Positions 1 through 7,294 of a stretch of DNA of 55,285 nucleotides are shown piece by piece. Below the pieces are notes generated by a model, which searched no databases, was not told the DNA's origin, and was given only the letters and a program-made list of their open reading frames with translations. Where the stretch lies: the NCBI GenBank assembly GCA_964498035.1, contig CAZCFW010000001.1, forward strand, positions 1 through 55,285, in the 5' to 3' direction. The first letter of the stretch is position 1. Each line of letters opens with the position of its first letter. The DNA is from an uncultured Candidatus Saccharibacteria bacterium (lineage in GTDB: Bacteria > Patescibacteriota > Minisyncoccia > Phycocordibacterales > UBA9973). The translations under genes were made by a program, and so were the position numbers.

Positions 1-1
1 T

Positions 2-271
2 AGATATGGCACTAATTTTAATGAATCTGATAAAGTTATATTAAATGACTTGAGTTTAAGGTTACTAAAGAGTGACGTGCTTCAAGGTTCGATCAAGAAC
101 AATAGTAAAGATTCTGCAAAATTAAAATTCGATCAATTATTCCAAGACGAACTTGTTGGTGTGCTTGATAATCATTTTAATCTGTACCAAAAGCTCGATC
201 AAAGTCCAGAACTTAAAAAGTTCGTTCAAGAACGTGTGTTTGAGTATGTTGTTAGAAAAATTAATGCATAA
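2..271 (+). CDS. C-terminal fragment of a probable type I restriction enzyme R subunit (5' end outside window)
   Basis: Frame 2 is open from the first base of the window to TAA at 269-271. The tail ...KLKFDQLFQDELVGVLDNHFNLYQKLDQSPELKKFVQERVFEYV resembles the conserved helical C-terminus of HsdR-type proteins (recalled pattern, not searched). Confidence 0.45.
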   Translation, partial: RYGTNFNESDKVILNDLSLRLLKSDVLQGSIKNNSKDSAKLKFDQLFQDELVGVLDNHFNLYQKLDQSPELKKFVQERVFEYVVRKINA

Positions 272-277
272 AATATT

Positions 278-1114
278 ATGAAATCAAAAGCACTACAAAT
301 GTTGATTCCTGAGGGTAATCCAAATGGTTTAAAGGTTATAGAAATACCAGGCTGGTCTGGTAAGTGTTTTATAGCACCTAGGCAGAGTTTGAAAGAATTG
401 AAGGATCGATCTGAAGTGAATCAACCAGGACTTTATATTCTCTTTGGTGTAGATGAAAATACAAGCGATGATCTAGTATATATAGGTGAATCAGAAAACT
501 TTTATTCACGAATCACAAATCATGATGCGAATAAAGATTTTTGGAGTACTGTTGTAATTTTTACTGGTGGATTAAATCGTGCTTTTGTAAAATATCTTGA
601 ATATCGAGCTACAACTTTGGCTCATGAAGCAAATCGAATGAAAATGCAAAATAAAGTACAGCCTCAAGAAAATACACTTTCAGAATTTGAGAAAGTTACA
701 ATTGAAAGCTATTTTGAAAATGTTCAATTTATTCTAAGTTCCTTTGGATATGAAGTTTTTGATAGTATTGTTGAATCTATTTCTGATGCCAAAATTTATA
801 CCCTAAAAGCTGAAGGTGTAGATGCAAAAGCACAATTATTATCTGATGGTAGTTTAAATGTATTAAAAGGTTCAACAGCTAGAATAAGAGAGACAGAAGC
901 TTTCTGGGGGTGGTCACTTGCTGCGCGTAAAAGATTTCTTGAGGAAGGCATACTTGTAGAGAATGGAGATGGAATTTCATATAAATATACAGAGAACGTA
1001 TTGTTTAAAAGTCCATCAGCAGCCGCAGCAACAACAACTGGCCGCCCGATAAACGGATGGACTGCATGGAAAGATGAACAAGGGAATACCCTTGATGATA
1101 ATTTAAGAAAATAA
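278..1114 (+). CDS. GIY-YIG nuclease family protein with DUF4357-like C-terminal domain
   Basis: GIY-YIG-like motifs (LYILFG...VYIGESENFYSRITNH) sit at the N-terminus. The C-terminal part (FKSPSAAAATTTGRPINGWTAWK) is typical of DUF4357. The gene starts 7 nt after the preceding stop. Confidence 0.75.
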   Translation: MKSKALQMLIPEGNPNGLKVIEIPGWSGKCFIAPRQSLKELKDRSEVNQPGLYILFGVDENTSDDLVYIGESENFYSRITNHDANKDFWSTVVIFTGGLNRAFVKYLEYRATTLAHEANRMKMQNKVQPQENTLSEFEKVTIESYFENVQFILSSFGYEVFDSIVESISDAKIYTLKAEGVDAKAQLLSDGSLNVLKGSTARIRETEAFWGWSLAARKRFLEEGILVENGDGISYKYTENVLFKSPSAAAATTTGRPINGWTAWKDEQGNTLDDNLRK

Positions 1115-1203
1115 TATCTAGTCGAGGGATTTTAAAAGACGCTGGGATGCCACTTTTACGATTTGAAAACCATGGATCATTTAGCAAATATGAAATAGAA
1201 AAA

Positions 1204-1257
1204 AACATTCTGGTATTCTGCACCTGCCTGCCGGCAGGCAGGGAATACCAGAATGTT
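1204..1257. repeat. Palindromic element, long form (54 nt, nested hairpin)
   Basis: AACATTCTGGTATTC-TGCA-CCTGCCTGCCGGCAGGCAGG-GAATACCAGAATGTT. The outer 15-bp arms enclose a second perfect palindrome. It is identical to 1726-1779, with an A-run before and a T-run after. Confidence 0.9.
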
Positions 1258-1351
1258 TTTTATTTATTTATCTATCTCTATCATCCATATCTATTCTCTA
1301 ATTCGCTCGAATAGGCGAATAGTTTCAAAAACTACCAACTCTCCCCAAAAT

Positions 1352-1385
1352 AACATTCTCACATTCTTGAGAATGTGAGAATGTT
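1352..1385. repeat. Palindromic element, variant form (34 nt)
   Basis: AACATTCTCACATTC-TTGA-GAATGTGAGAATGTT. It has the same ends as the other copies but compensatory changes in both arms (TGGTA>TCACA). It lies just 3' of the minus-strand PhnA-domain gene and is followed on the minus strand by a T-rich run. Confidence 0.8.
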
Positions 1386-1430
1386 ATTTTGTATTATTTT
1401 GTACGCTTTGGACTATTTTGTTTCTAAGCA

Positions 1431-1670
1431 CTATGCCTTTTTGATAAATTCAGTGCGGAGGACGATGCCTTTCATGCCGTCGATATTGCACTCCACTAGC
1501 TCTTCATCATCTGTCAGGCGGATATTCTTGGCCTTGGTGCCTTTCTTGATCACTGTTGAGCTACCTTTTATCTTCAAATCTTTTATAAGGGTGATACTGT
1601 CGCCATGGGCTAGTATCGTGCCGTTCGCGTCGCGCACTATTATTACTTCATCTTCATTTTCTGTTTCCAT
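1431..1670 (-). CDS. PhnA-domain (YjdM C-terminal domain-like) protein, 79 aa
   Basis: METENEDEVIIVRDANGTILAHGDSITLIKDLKIKGSSTVIKKGTKAKNIRLTDDEELVECNIDG..IVLRTEFIKK matches the PhnA C-terminal domain pattern. I chose the ATG at 1670 because the longer ORF start lies inside the palindromic repeat. Confidence 0.75.
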   Translation of the reverse strand: METENEDEVIIVRDANGTILAHGDSITLIKDLKIKGSSTVIKKGTKAKNIRLTDDEELVECNIDGMKGIVLRTEFIKKA

Positions 1671-1725
1671 ATAACTCAAAGTATACACAATTTTAAAATT
1701 TCTGCACCTCTCAATTGTATTTAAT

Positions 1726-1779
1726 AACATTCTGGTATTCTGCACCTGCCTGCCGGCAGGCAGGGAATACCAGAATGTT
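1726..1779. repeat. Palindromic element, long form (54 nt), second copy
   Basis: Base-for-base identical to 1204-1257. Confidence 0.9.
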
Positions 1780-1797
1780 ATTTTGTTTTATTTCATA

Positions 1798-1806
1798 TGA
1801 TATAAT
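1798..1806 (+). promoter_or_regulatory. Extended -10 box TGATATAAT, 6 nt upstream of ATG 1813
   Basis: TGnTATAAT consensus. The 6-nt gap to the start codon implies a leaderless transcript. Confidence 0.55.
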
Positions 1807-1812
1807 AACTCC

Positions 1813-2298
1813 ATGAACTACTGGCTAATAAAATCCGAGGCGTCGTGCTACAGCATCGACGATTTGAAGAAAGATAAGAAGACGAGTTGGGAAGGCGTGA
1901 GGAACTACCAAGCGCGGAATTTCATGACGCAAGGGATGAAGGTGGGGGATAAGATTCTCTTCTGTCATTCAATAGGGTCAGACAAAACACCTGCGGGTGT
2001 GTACGGCGTTGCGCGCGTGGCAAGCGGAGCCCATGCCGACGAAACGCAGTTTGATAGGAAAGACGAACATTACGATCCCAAGGCCATAAAGCCAAAGGCT
2101 GGGAATGCTGGCAAAGTCATATGGCAATGCGTAGACGTGGCATTTGTATCGAAGTGGAAACACCCCGTCACCCTCGCAGAAATCCGCCTCGATCCCGCCC
2201 TCTCCGGCATGTCCCTCCTCGCCCCCGGCCAGCGCCTCTCCATAATGCCCGTCTCCGAAAAGCATTTTAATCATATTCTCAATTTATCCCAATCCTAA
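1813..2298 (+). CDS. EVE (PUA-like, DUF55) domain protein
   Basis: MNYWLIKSE..YSIDDLKKDKKTSWEGVRNYQARNFM..MKVGDKILFCHS is the characteristic EVE N-terminus. The gene is markedly G+C-richer than its surroundings. Confidence 0.8.
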   Translation: MNYWLIKSEASCYSIDDLKKDKKTSWEGVRNYQARNFMTQGMKVGDKILFCHSIGSDKTPAGVYGVARVASGAHADETQFDRKDEHYDPKAIKPKAGNAGKVIWQCVDVAFVSKWKHPVTLAEIRLDPALSGMSLLAPGQRLSIMPVSEKHFNHILNLSQS

Positions 2299-2305
2299 TC
2301 CAAAA

Positions 2306-2339
2306 AACATTCTGGTATTCTGCAGAATACCAGAATGTT
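2306..2339. repeat. Palindromic element, short form (34-nt perfect palindrome)
   Basis: AACATTCTGGTATTCTGCAGAATACCAGAATGTT. A-run before, T-run after. Identical to 3190-3223. Probably acts as a bidirectional terminator. Confidence 0.9.
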
Positions 2340-2359
2340 TTTTGCAATAATTATTATCG

Positions 2360-2368
2360 TGATATAAT
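2360..2368 (+). promoter_or_regulatory. Extended -10 box TGATATAAT, 6 nt upstream of ATG 2375
   Basis: TGnTATAAT consensus with a 6-nt gap to the start codon. Confidence 0.55.
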
Positions 2369-2374
2369 TGTATT

Positions 2375-2902
2375 ATGAAAGTATATGTAATTAGGCATGG
2401 TCAGACAGAGTTAAATAAACTAGGTATGATTAATGGATACTTAGATGATCCATTAGCTAGTGAAGGAATTGAGCAAGCAAAACTTGCAGCTGAGACATTG
2501 CCTAAAACCATTAAACATATTTATGTGTCATCGCTTGAGAGAGCTAAGCAAACTGCAAGTATCCTAAACGAGGTACTTAAAGTGCCTATGACTTTTCATG
2601 ATGAATTACGTGAGGTCAATTTTGGTGACCTTAACGGAACACCATTTTTAGATGAGTACAAAGAAAGACATAAAATGCTTGATTATGACTGGCGTCCAAG
2701 TGGAGAATCATTTGAAGATGTGAAAACAAGAGTTATAAAAATTTTAAATGTTATTAAAAATGAAAATGGTGATGGTGAAGCATTAATTGTGGCACATGGA
2801 GGTATTGTAAGATTGATGCATTTTCTTGAAACAGGTGAATATTTGGATGGAGTAGGAAATGCGTCTATTCAATCCTTTGACCTGGATAAAATATTAAAGT
2901 AA
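2375..2902 (+). CDS. Histidine phosphatase family (phosphoglycerate mutase-like) protein
   Basis: N-terminal VIRHGQTELN (RHG motif) and later AHGG motif. Confidence 0.8.
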   Translation: MKVYVIRHGQTELNKLGMINGYLDDPLASEGIEQAKLAAETLPKTIKHIYVSSLERAKQTASILNEVLKVPMTFHDELREVNFGDLNGTPFLDEYKERHKMLDYDWRPSGESFEDVKTRVIKILNVIKNENGDGEALIVAHGGIVRLMHFLETGEYLDGVGNASIQSFDLDKILK

Positions 2903-2921
2903 TATACAATATTTATTCATT

Positions 2922-3191
2922 ATGAAAACAGCAAAACAAATGGAAAGGCATTTTAAAGGTTTGGCTAATCATTGGCGAATAAATATTTTAATGCTGGTAA
3001 GTAAGAAGCCGAACATTACGCTCGATGGTATAGTGGCAGAGCTTAAGGGTAATTTCAAAACAATTTCAGAACATTCAAAAAAACTTGTGCAGGCAGGGTT
3101 ACTAAATAAAAAGTATGAAGGTCGAAGTGTCACTCATTCGCTTTCTCCATATGGCGAAAAAGTAATATCATTTATTAAGTCTTTCAAATAA
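2922..3191 (+). CDS. Small winged-helix (ArsR-like) transcriptional regulator
   Basis: 89 aa. The stretch GLANHWRINILMLV...ITLDGIVAELKGNFKTISEHSKKLVQAGLL fits an ArsR-type HTH. Confidence 0.55.
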   Translation: MKTAKQMERHFKGLANHWRINILMLVSKKPNITLDGIVAELKGNFKTISEHSKKLVQAGLLNKKYEGRSVTHSLSPYGEKVISFIKSFK

Positions 3192-3223
3192 CATTCTGGT
3201 ATTCTGCAGAATACCAGAATGTT
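3190..3223. repeat. Palindromic element, short form, second copy
   Basis: Identical to 2306-2339. It overlaps the TAA stop of the preceding gene by 2 nt. Confidence 0.9.
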
Positions 3224-3230
3224 TTAAAAT

Positions 3231-3497
3231 ATGAAAAAAGAAAAATCATTTACGGAAAAGGTTTTGGATATTGTACGGAAGATTCCAAAGGGTAGGACGA
3301 TGACGTATAAGGATGTGGCGAAGATGGCGGGGAGCCCTAGGGCGAGCCGAGCTGTGGGGAGCATCATGAAGGCAAACTATTTGCCTAATGTGCCGTGCCA
3401 CAGGGTGGTGATGAGTAGTGGAAATCCTGGTGAGTACAATCGCGGCGGTGTGAATGCTAAAATAGAATTACTAAAGAGTGAAGGCGCGATTAAATAA
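3231..3497 (+). CDS. MGMT-family methylated-DNA-protein-cysteine methyltransferase, stand-alone DNA-binding/active-site domain (88 aa)
   Basis: TYKDVAKMAGSPRASRAVGSIM...VPCHRVV retains the PCHR active-site cysteine motif. Confidence 0.8.
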   Translation: MKKEKSFTEKVLDIVRKIPKGRTMTYKDVAKMAGSPRASRAVGSIMKANYLPNVPCHRVVMSSGNPGEYNRGGVNAKIELLKSEGAIK

Positions 3498-3502
3498 ATT
3501 GT

Positions 3503-3784
3503 ATGCTGAAAAAGAAATTTACAATTAACGCAAAAGTTTGGCGGTGGCCGGGGGATGGAGGCTGGCACTTTGTGACGCTCGAGAAGAAGCTCTCGGAGAG
3601 TATAAGAAAGGTCTATACGAAAGGCTTCGTGAAGATTGAGGCGAAAGTGGGTAAGAGTACTTGGAAGACTTCGCTTTTCCCGCATAAGGAATCTGGCTAT
3701 TTGCTTTGTATAAGTAAAAAGATTCGCAAGTCTGAAGGCATAATGGAAGGTGACGAAATTAAAATCTCAATTGTGATACAATAA
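3503..3784 (+). CDS. DUF1905 family protein
   Basis: GGWHFVTL...VKIEAKVGKSTWKTSLFP...GYLLCISKKIRK...GDEIKISI fits the DUF1905 pattern (recalled). Confidence 0.6.
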   Translation: MLKKKFTINAKVWRWPGDGGWHFVTLEKKLSESIRKVYTKGFVKIEAKVGKSTWKTSLFPHKESGYLLCISKKIRKSEGIMEGDEIKISIVIQ

Positions 3785-3788
3785 ATTT

Positions 3789-4154
3789 ATGAAATTAAAC
3801 GAGCTTACAGAAGAAGAAAAGAGAGTGATACTCGAGAAGGGCACCGAGGCGCCTTTTGTGGGTGAGTATACGAATACGAAAGAGACTGGTGTGTATGTGT
3901 GCAAGCAGTGCGAGGCACCACTCTATAACTCGAAAGATAAATTTGAGAGTACTTGTGGATGGCCAAGCTTCGACCAAGAGATGGAGGGTGCACTCAAGAG
4001 AGATTCATATATTGACCCATACTTCGGGCAAGAAATCACTTGTGCGAATTGCGGTGGGCACCTCGGCCACATATTTAAGGGTGAGCACCTCACAGACAAA
4101 GACACTCGCCACTGCGTGAATTCTATCTCGCTCAAGTTTGTGCCTGGAAAATAA
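3789..4154 (+). CDS. msrB: Peptide-methionine (R)-S-oxide reductase
   Basis: GVYVCKQCEAPLY.S..KFES.CGWPSF...CANCGGHLGHIF...RHCVNS are the canonical SelR/MsrB motifs. Confidence 0.9.
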   Translation: MKLNELTEEEKRVILEKGTEAPFVGEYTNTKETGVYVCKQCEAPLYNSKDKFESTCGWPSFDQEMEGALKRDSYIDPYFGQEITCANCGGHLGHIFKGEHLTDKDTRHCVNSISLKFVPGK

Positions 4155-4157
4155 TTT

Positions 4158-4733
4158 GTGGAATATATAATTAAGAAAAATAGAAGATCGAAGAATTTGC
4201 GAATCATCGTGCACGAAGATGGCAGGGTGGTAGTCACGGCGCCTATGCGTGCGCCACTTTACCTTGTGAAGAAATTCGTCGAGAGCAGGAAGGAGTGGAT
4301 AGAAGAGAGGGTGGATAATTTCTTAAAGAAAAACATAGAGGAGGAGAATAAGAATGAAAAATTGGGTTTGCCGAAGAAGATGACGAAGGCTGAGCAAATA
4401 AAGGATTATAAAAAGCATAAAGAGAGTGCGAGGGAATTTGTGGAGAAGAGAATAGTGGAACTCAATAAATTTTATAATTTTGAATATGGAAAAATTGCAA
4501 TACGAAATCAGAGTACAAGGTGGGGGAGCTGTTCGAGGAAAAAGAATTTGAATTTTAATTATAAAATCGTAAAACTTCCTATTCGTATGGCGGACTACAT
4601 CATCGTGCATGAGCTGTGCCACCTCGCACATTTTAATCATTCAAAGAATTTCTGGAATTTGGTAGCCCAAGTTATACCAGAGCATTTGGCAATACGCAAG
4701 GAGCTTTACAAAATGGGAATTTCTAGTATTTAG
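4158..4733 (+). CDS. YgjP-like (DUF45 / M48-type) metal-dependent hydrolase
   Basis: GTG start. RWGSCS...LNFNYKIV..P....DYIIVHELCHL.HFNHSKNFW contains the HExxH motif typical of DUF45. Confidence 0.75.
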   Translation: MEYIIKKNRRSKNLRIIVHEDGRVVVTAPMRAPLYLVKKFVESRKEWIEERVDNFLKKNIEEENKNEKLGLPKKMTKAEQIKDYKKHKESAREFVEKRIVELNKFYNFEYGKIAIRNQSTRWGSCSRKKNLNFNYKIVKLPIRMADYIIVHELCHLAHFNHSKNFWNLVAQVIPEHLAIRKELYKMGISSI

Positions 4734-4752
4734 CGTTTCTCCTCGGAAAAAC

Positions 4753-4782
4753 TTGGTTCTCCAGGGGGAAAGGTGGTATAAT
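4753..4782 (+). promoter_or_regulatory. Promoter TTGGTT-18-TGgTATAAT upstream of the SWIB gene
   Basis: Has a -35-like hexamer and an extended -10. Unlike most genes here it leaves a ~50-nt leader containing a small hairpin (TCCTGA-CCTAAA-TCAGGA). Confidence 0.5.
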
Positions 4783-4838
4783 ACTAGGAGTTTTATTAAT
4801 AATTAATCCTGACCTAAATCAGGAATACAAATAATTTT

Positions 4839-5165
4839 ATGGCAGCAAAAAAAGCAGTAGCAAAGAAGGTGGTCGCAAAAAAGGCAGCTCCTAAGAAAGC
4901 TGTGAAGAAAGCAGGAAATGCAAACTCAGCTTTCATGAGACCAAAGGTTGTGAGTGCAGCACTTCAGGCAATTGTTGGAAAGGGTCCACTTCCTACAACA
5001 GAAGTAGTAAAGAAGCTTTGGGTTTATATCAAGAAGAACGATCTTCAGAATCCTAAGAATAAGAGAAATATTATCGCAGATGATAAGCTACTCGTAGTAT
5101 TCGATGGAAAGAAAGAAATTTCAATGTTTGAAATGACAAAGTATGTAACAAAGAATCTTTCCTAA
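4839..5165 (+). CDS. SWIB/MDM2 domain protein with Lys/Ala-rich N-terminal tail
   Basis: AKKAVAKKVVAKKAAPKKAVKKA tail followed by PLPTTEVVKKLWVYIKKNDLQNPKNKRNIIADDKL..VF, a SWIB-like sequence. Confidence 0.75.
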   Translation: MAAKKAVAKKVVAKKAAPKKAVKKAGNANSAFMRPKVVSAALQAIVGKGPLPTTEVVKKLWVYIKKNDLQNPKNKRNIIADDKLLVVFDGKKEISMFEMTKYVTKNLS

Positions 5166-5185
5166 ATTTAATTTACTCTATCTGT

Positions 5186-5211
5186 AAAATGCACCCATTT
5201 GGGTGCATTTT
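5186..5211 (+). terminator. Rho-independent terminator
   Basis: AAAATGCACCC-ATTT-GGGTGCATTTT hairpin with U-tract. Confidence 0.7.
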
Positions 5212-5309
5212 ATATGGATATTTGCTTTTTTAGTAAATTAGTGTTATTATATAAGAATAATAGCAAAATGCTTTCGAAAGCAATAATTTAACTATAACAA
5301 ATATAATTT

Positions 5310-5888
5310 ATGGGAAATTTTCAAGGTGGTAGAGGGGGAGGAGGTGGAGGATTTAGAGGTGGCGACAGAGGAGGCCGCCCAAGCTTCGGTGGACGTAAGA
5401 GTTTCGGTGGCGACCGCGGTGGCCGCAGTGATGGTCCAGCTGAGATGTTTAAAACAGTATGTAGTGAATGTGGTAATTCTTGCGAAGTACCATTTCGTCC
5501 ATCTGGTGACAAGCCAGTGTATTGTAACAACTGCTTTAGTAGTAAGCGTGAAGGTGTAGACCGTAAGCCAAGAAATGATTTCAAGGACCGTGCACCACGC
5601 CGTGAATTTAACGACCGCCCAGCATTTGCTCCAAAGCCATCATTTGATGCTAAGCCAGCAAATAATTCAGGAATGGAAAAGCAACTTACAGAAATGAATA
5701 TCAAGCTTGATCGTTTGATCCGCTCTATCGAAGTAATGTCACTTACTAAGCAGGCTCCAAAAGAAATTGTAAAAGAAGTAGTAAAGGCGCAAGTAGTAGC
5801 TAAAGCTCCTGTGAAAGCAGTAGCGAAAGTAGCTCCAAAAGCAAAAGCTCCTGCTAAAAAAGCAGCTCCAGCAAAGAAAAAGAAATAA
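5310..5888 (+). CDS. CxxC-x17-CxxC zinc-ribbon protein with RGG-rich N-terminus and Ala/Lys/Pro-rich C-terminus
   Basis: CSECGNSCEVPFRPSGDKPVYCNNC shows CxxC-x17-CxxC spacing. It is flanked by GGRGGGGGGFRGGDRGGR and AKAPVKAVAKVAPKAKAPAKKAAPAKKKK low-complexity tails. Confidence 0.7.
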   Translation: MGNFQGGRGGGGGGFRGGDRGGRPSFGGRKSFGGDRGGRSDGPAEMFKTVCSECGNSCEVPFRPSGDKPVYCNNCFSSKREGVDRKPRNDFKDRAPRREFNDRPAFAPKPSFDAKPANNSGMEKQLTEMNIKLDRLIRSIEVMSLTKQAPKEIVKEVVKAQVVAKAPVKAVAKVAPKAKAPAKKAAPAKKKK

Positions 5889-5903
5889 TATTTTATTCTT
5901 CAC

Positions 5904-5932
5904 AAAAGCCCTCATTTGAGGGCTTTTGTTTT
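5904..5932 (+). terminator. Rho-independent terminator
   Basis: AAAAGCCCTCA-TTT-GAGGGCTTTT followed by GTTTT. Confidence 0.7.
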
Positions 5933-5983
5933 ATCTGCTATAATAATCTCAATTATATTATTAATTAATAAATTAAATACATA

Positions 5984-6643
5984 ATGAATAAAACATATAT
6001 ATTCTTAATTATTGCAGTTATTATTCTAGGAGGAGGATATTTTGCTTTTAGAAATTCTAGTAGCGATAAATTACCTCAAACTATGAGTGATATAAAAGAT
6101 CAAGATAAAATTATCAGTGATAAGACAGAAATAGATATTAATAATAAATTAGAAACAAATAAAAAAATTATGCAAGCAACACTACATACAACAAAAGGAG
6201 ATATCACTATAGAATTCGGAAATACAACACCAAACACCGTTGAGAATTTCATAAAATTAGCCAAGGAAGGATTCTATGATGGTGTGAAGTTCCACCGCGT
6301 GATTAAAGGCTTTATGATACAAGGCGGAGACCCACTTACAAAGGATGATAGCAAGATGGCTATGTGGGGAACTGGCGGACCAGGATATCAATTTGCAGAT
6401 GAGCTCACTCCGACAAATAAAAATGATGTTGGCACTATCTCAATGGCAAACTCAGGACCAAATACAAATGGCAGTCAATTTTTCATCAACGTAAATCCAA
6501 ACAATTTCCTAGATAGTAAGCACGTAGTCTTCGGAAAGGTTATAAAAGGCATGGATGTAGTAACGGCTATTGAGAACACAAAGACTGGTCCAAACGACCG
6601 CCCAGTAGAGCCTATGGTCATAAAGAGTGTGACACTAGAATAG
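5984..6643 (+). CDS. Cyclophilin-type peptidyl-prolyl cis-trans isomerase with N-terminal membrane anchor
   Basis: FHRVIKGFMIQGGDP...GTISMANSGPNTNGSQFFI are cyclophilin motifs. The N-terminal stretch IFLIIAVIILGGGYF is hydrophobic. Confidence 0.9.
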   Translation: MNKTYIFLIIAVIILGGGYFAFRNSSSDKLPQTMSDIKDQDKIISDKTEIDINNKLETNKKIMQATLHTTKGDITIEFGNTTPNTVENFIKLAKEGFYDGVKFHRVIKGFMIQGGDPLTKDDSKMAMWGTGGPGYQFADELTPTNKNDVGTISMANSGPNTNGSQFFINVNPNNFLDSKHVVFGKVIKGMDVVTAIENTKTGPNDRPVEPMVIKSVTLE

Positions 6644-6679
6644 TTTAAATCTAAAACAGTAGCTAATTTTAAAAATTTG

Positions 6680-6688
6680 TGGTATAAT
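6680..6688 (+). promoter_or_regulatory. Extended -10 box TGGTATAAT, 8 nt upstream of ATG 6697
   Basis: TGnTATAAT with an 8-nt gap to the start codon. Confidence 0.55.
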
Positions 6689-6696
6689 TATCACAT

Positions 6697-7269
6697 ATGA
6701 ATATCACTTCCGCTACGTTTGTGAAAGGTGTCGTCGGGATTGATAAAGCCCTTGAACTTGGCATACCTCAGGTAGCCTTTATTGGCAGATCTAATGTGGG
6801 TAAATCTAGTACTATCAATGCAATTTGTAATAATAAAAACTTAGTAAAATCAAGCTCTCACCCAGGTAAAACTCAAGAGATAAATGTTTTCCTAATAAAT
6901 AAAAATCTACATCTCATGGACCTCCCAGGCTATGGCTATGCGAAGGCATCTTTCACTGGGCGTGAAGCTCTTGAGAAATTGATTTACGGGTACTTGCTTG
7001 ATTCACACTACCAGCAAAGAAAAATAATTCTTATCATCGATGCATTTGTCGGTCCTACCAAGGATGACCTTGCAATGCTTCGTGCACTTGGTGAGCATGG
7101 GAAGAGTGTGGTAATAATTGCAAATAAGATTGATCAAGTGAAGAAATCTGAACTAGCAATTCAAATAGAAAAAATTCAGAAGAAAGTGGGGAATCATACC
7201 CTCATACCATTTTCTGCAACGAAGAAAATCGGAATCGACAAGTTGGTCCATGAAGTACTAAGTAAATAG
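6697..7269 (+). CDS. engB: Ribosome biogenesis GTP-binding protein YsxC/EngB
   Basis: FIGRSNVGKSSTINA (G1), PGKTQ, DLPGYGYA and NKID motifs appear in EngB order. Confidence 0.85.
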   Translation: MNITSATFVKGVVGIDKALELGIPQVAFIGRSNVGKSSTINAICNNKNLVKSSSHPGKTQEINVFLINKNLHLMDLPGYGYAKASFTGREALEKLIYGYLLDSHYQQRKIILIIDAFVGPTKDDLAMLRALGEHGKSVVIIANKIDQVKKSELAIQIEKIQKKVGNHTLIPFSATKKIGIDKLVHEVLSK

Positions 7270-7279
7270 TTTTAAATCG

Positions 7280-7288
7280 TGTTACAAT
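7280..7288 (+). promoter_or_regulatory. Extended -10 box TGTTACAAT, 6 nt upstream of ATG 7295
   Basis: TGnTAcAAT with a 6-nt gap to the start codon. Confidence 0.5.
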
Positions 7289-7294
7289 AGTGCT

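Noticed and set aside
1204-3223. Possible CRISPR array or integron attC sites
   Set aside because: It is not a CRISPR array: the repeats are palindromic, 0.3-0.9 kb apart, and separated by genes, with no cas genes present. They are not canonical attC sites either. The flanks do not match the RYYYAAC / GTTRRRY cores, the separated genes have their own promoters, one unit is on the opposite strand, and no intI is visible.
3795-4237. Cluster of overlapping 60-104-aa ORFs on both strands around msrB
   Set aside because: They are shadow ORFs in a relatively G+C-rich gene. Only the msrB frame carries recognisable motifs.
5321-5704. 127-aa minus-strand ORF and the 5326-5559 plus-strand ORF overlapping the CxxC-x17-CxxC gene
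   Set aside because: They are artefacts of the GGN/CGN-rich repeat coding for the RGG tail. The forward frame has the zinc-ribbon motif, a promoter region and a terminator.
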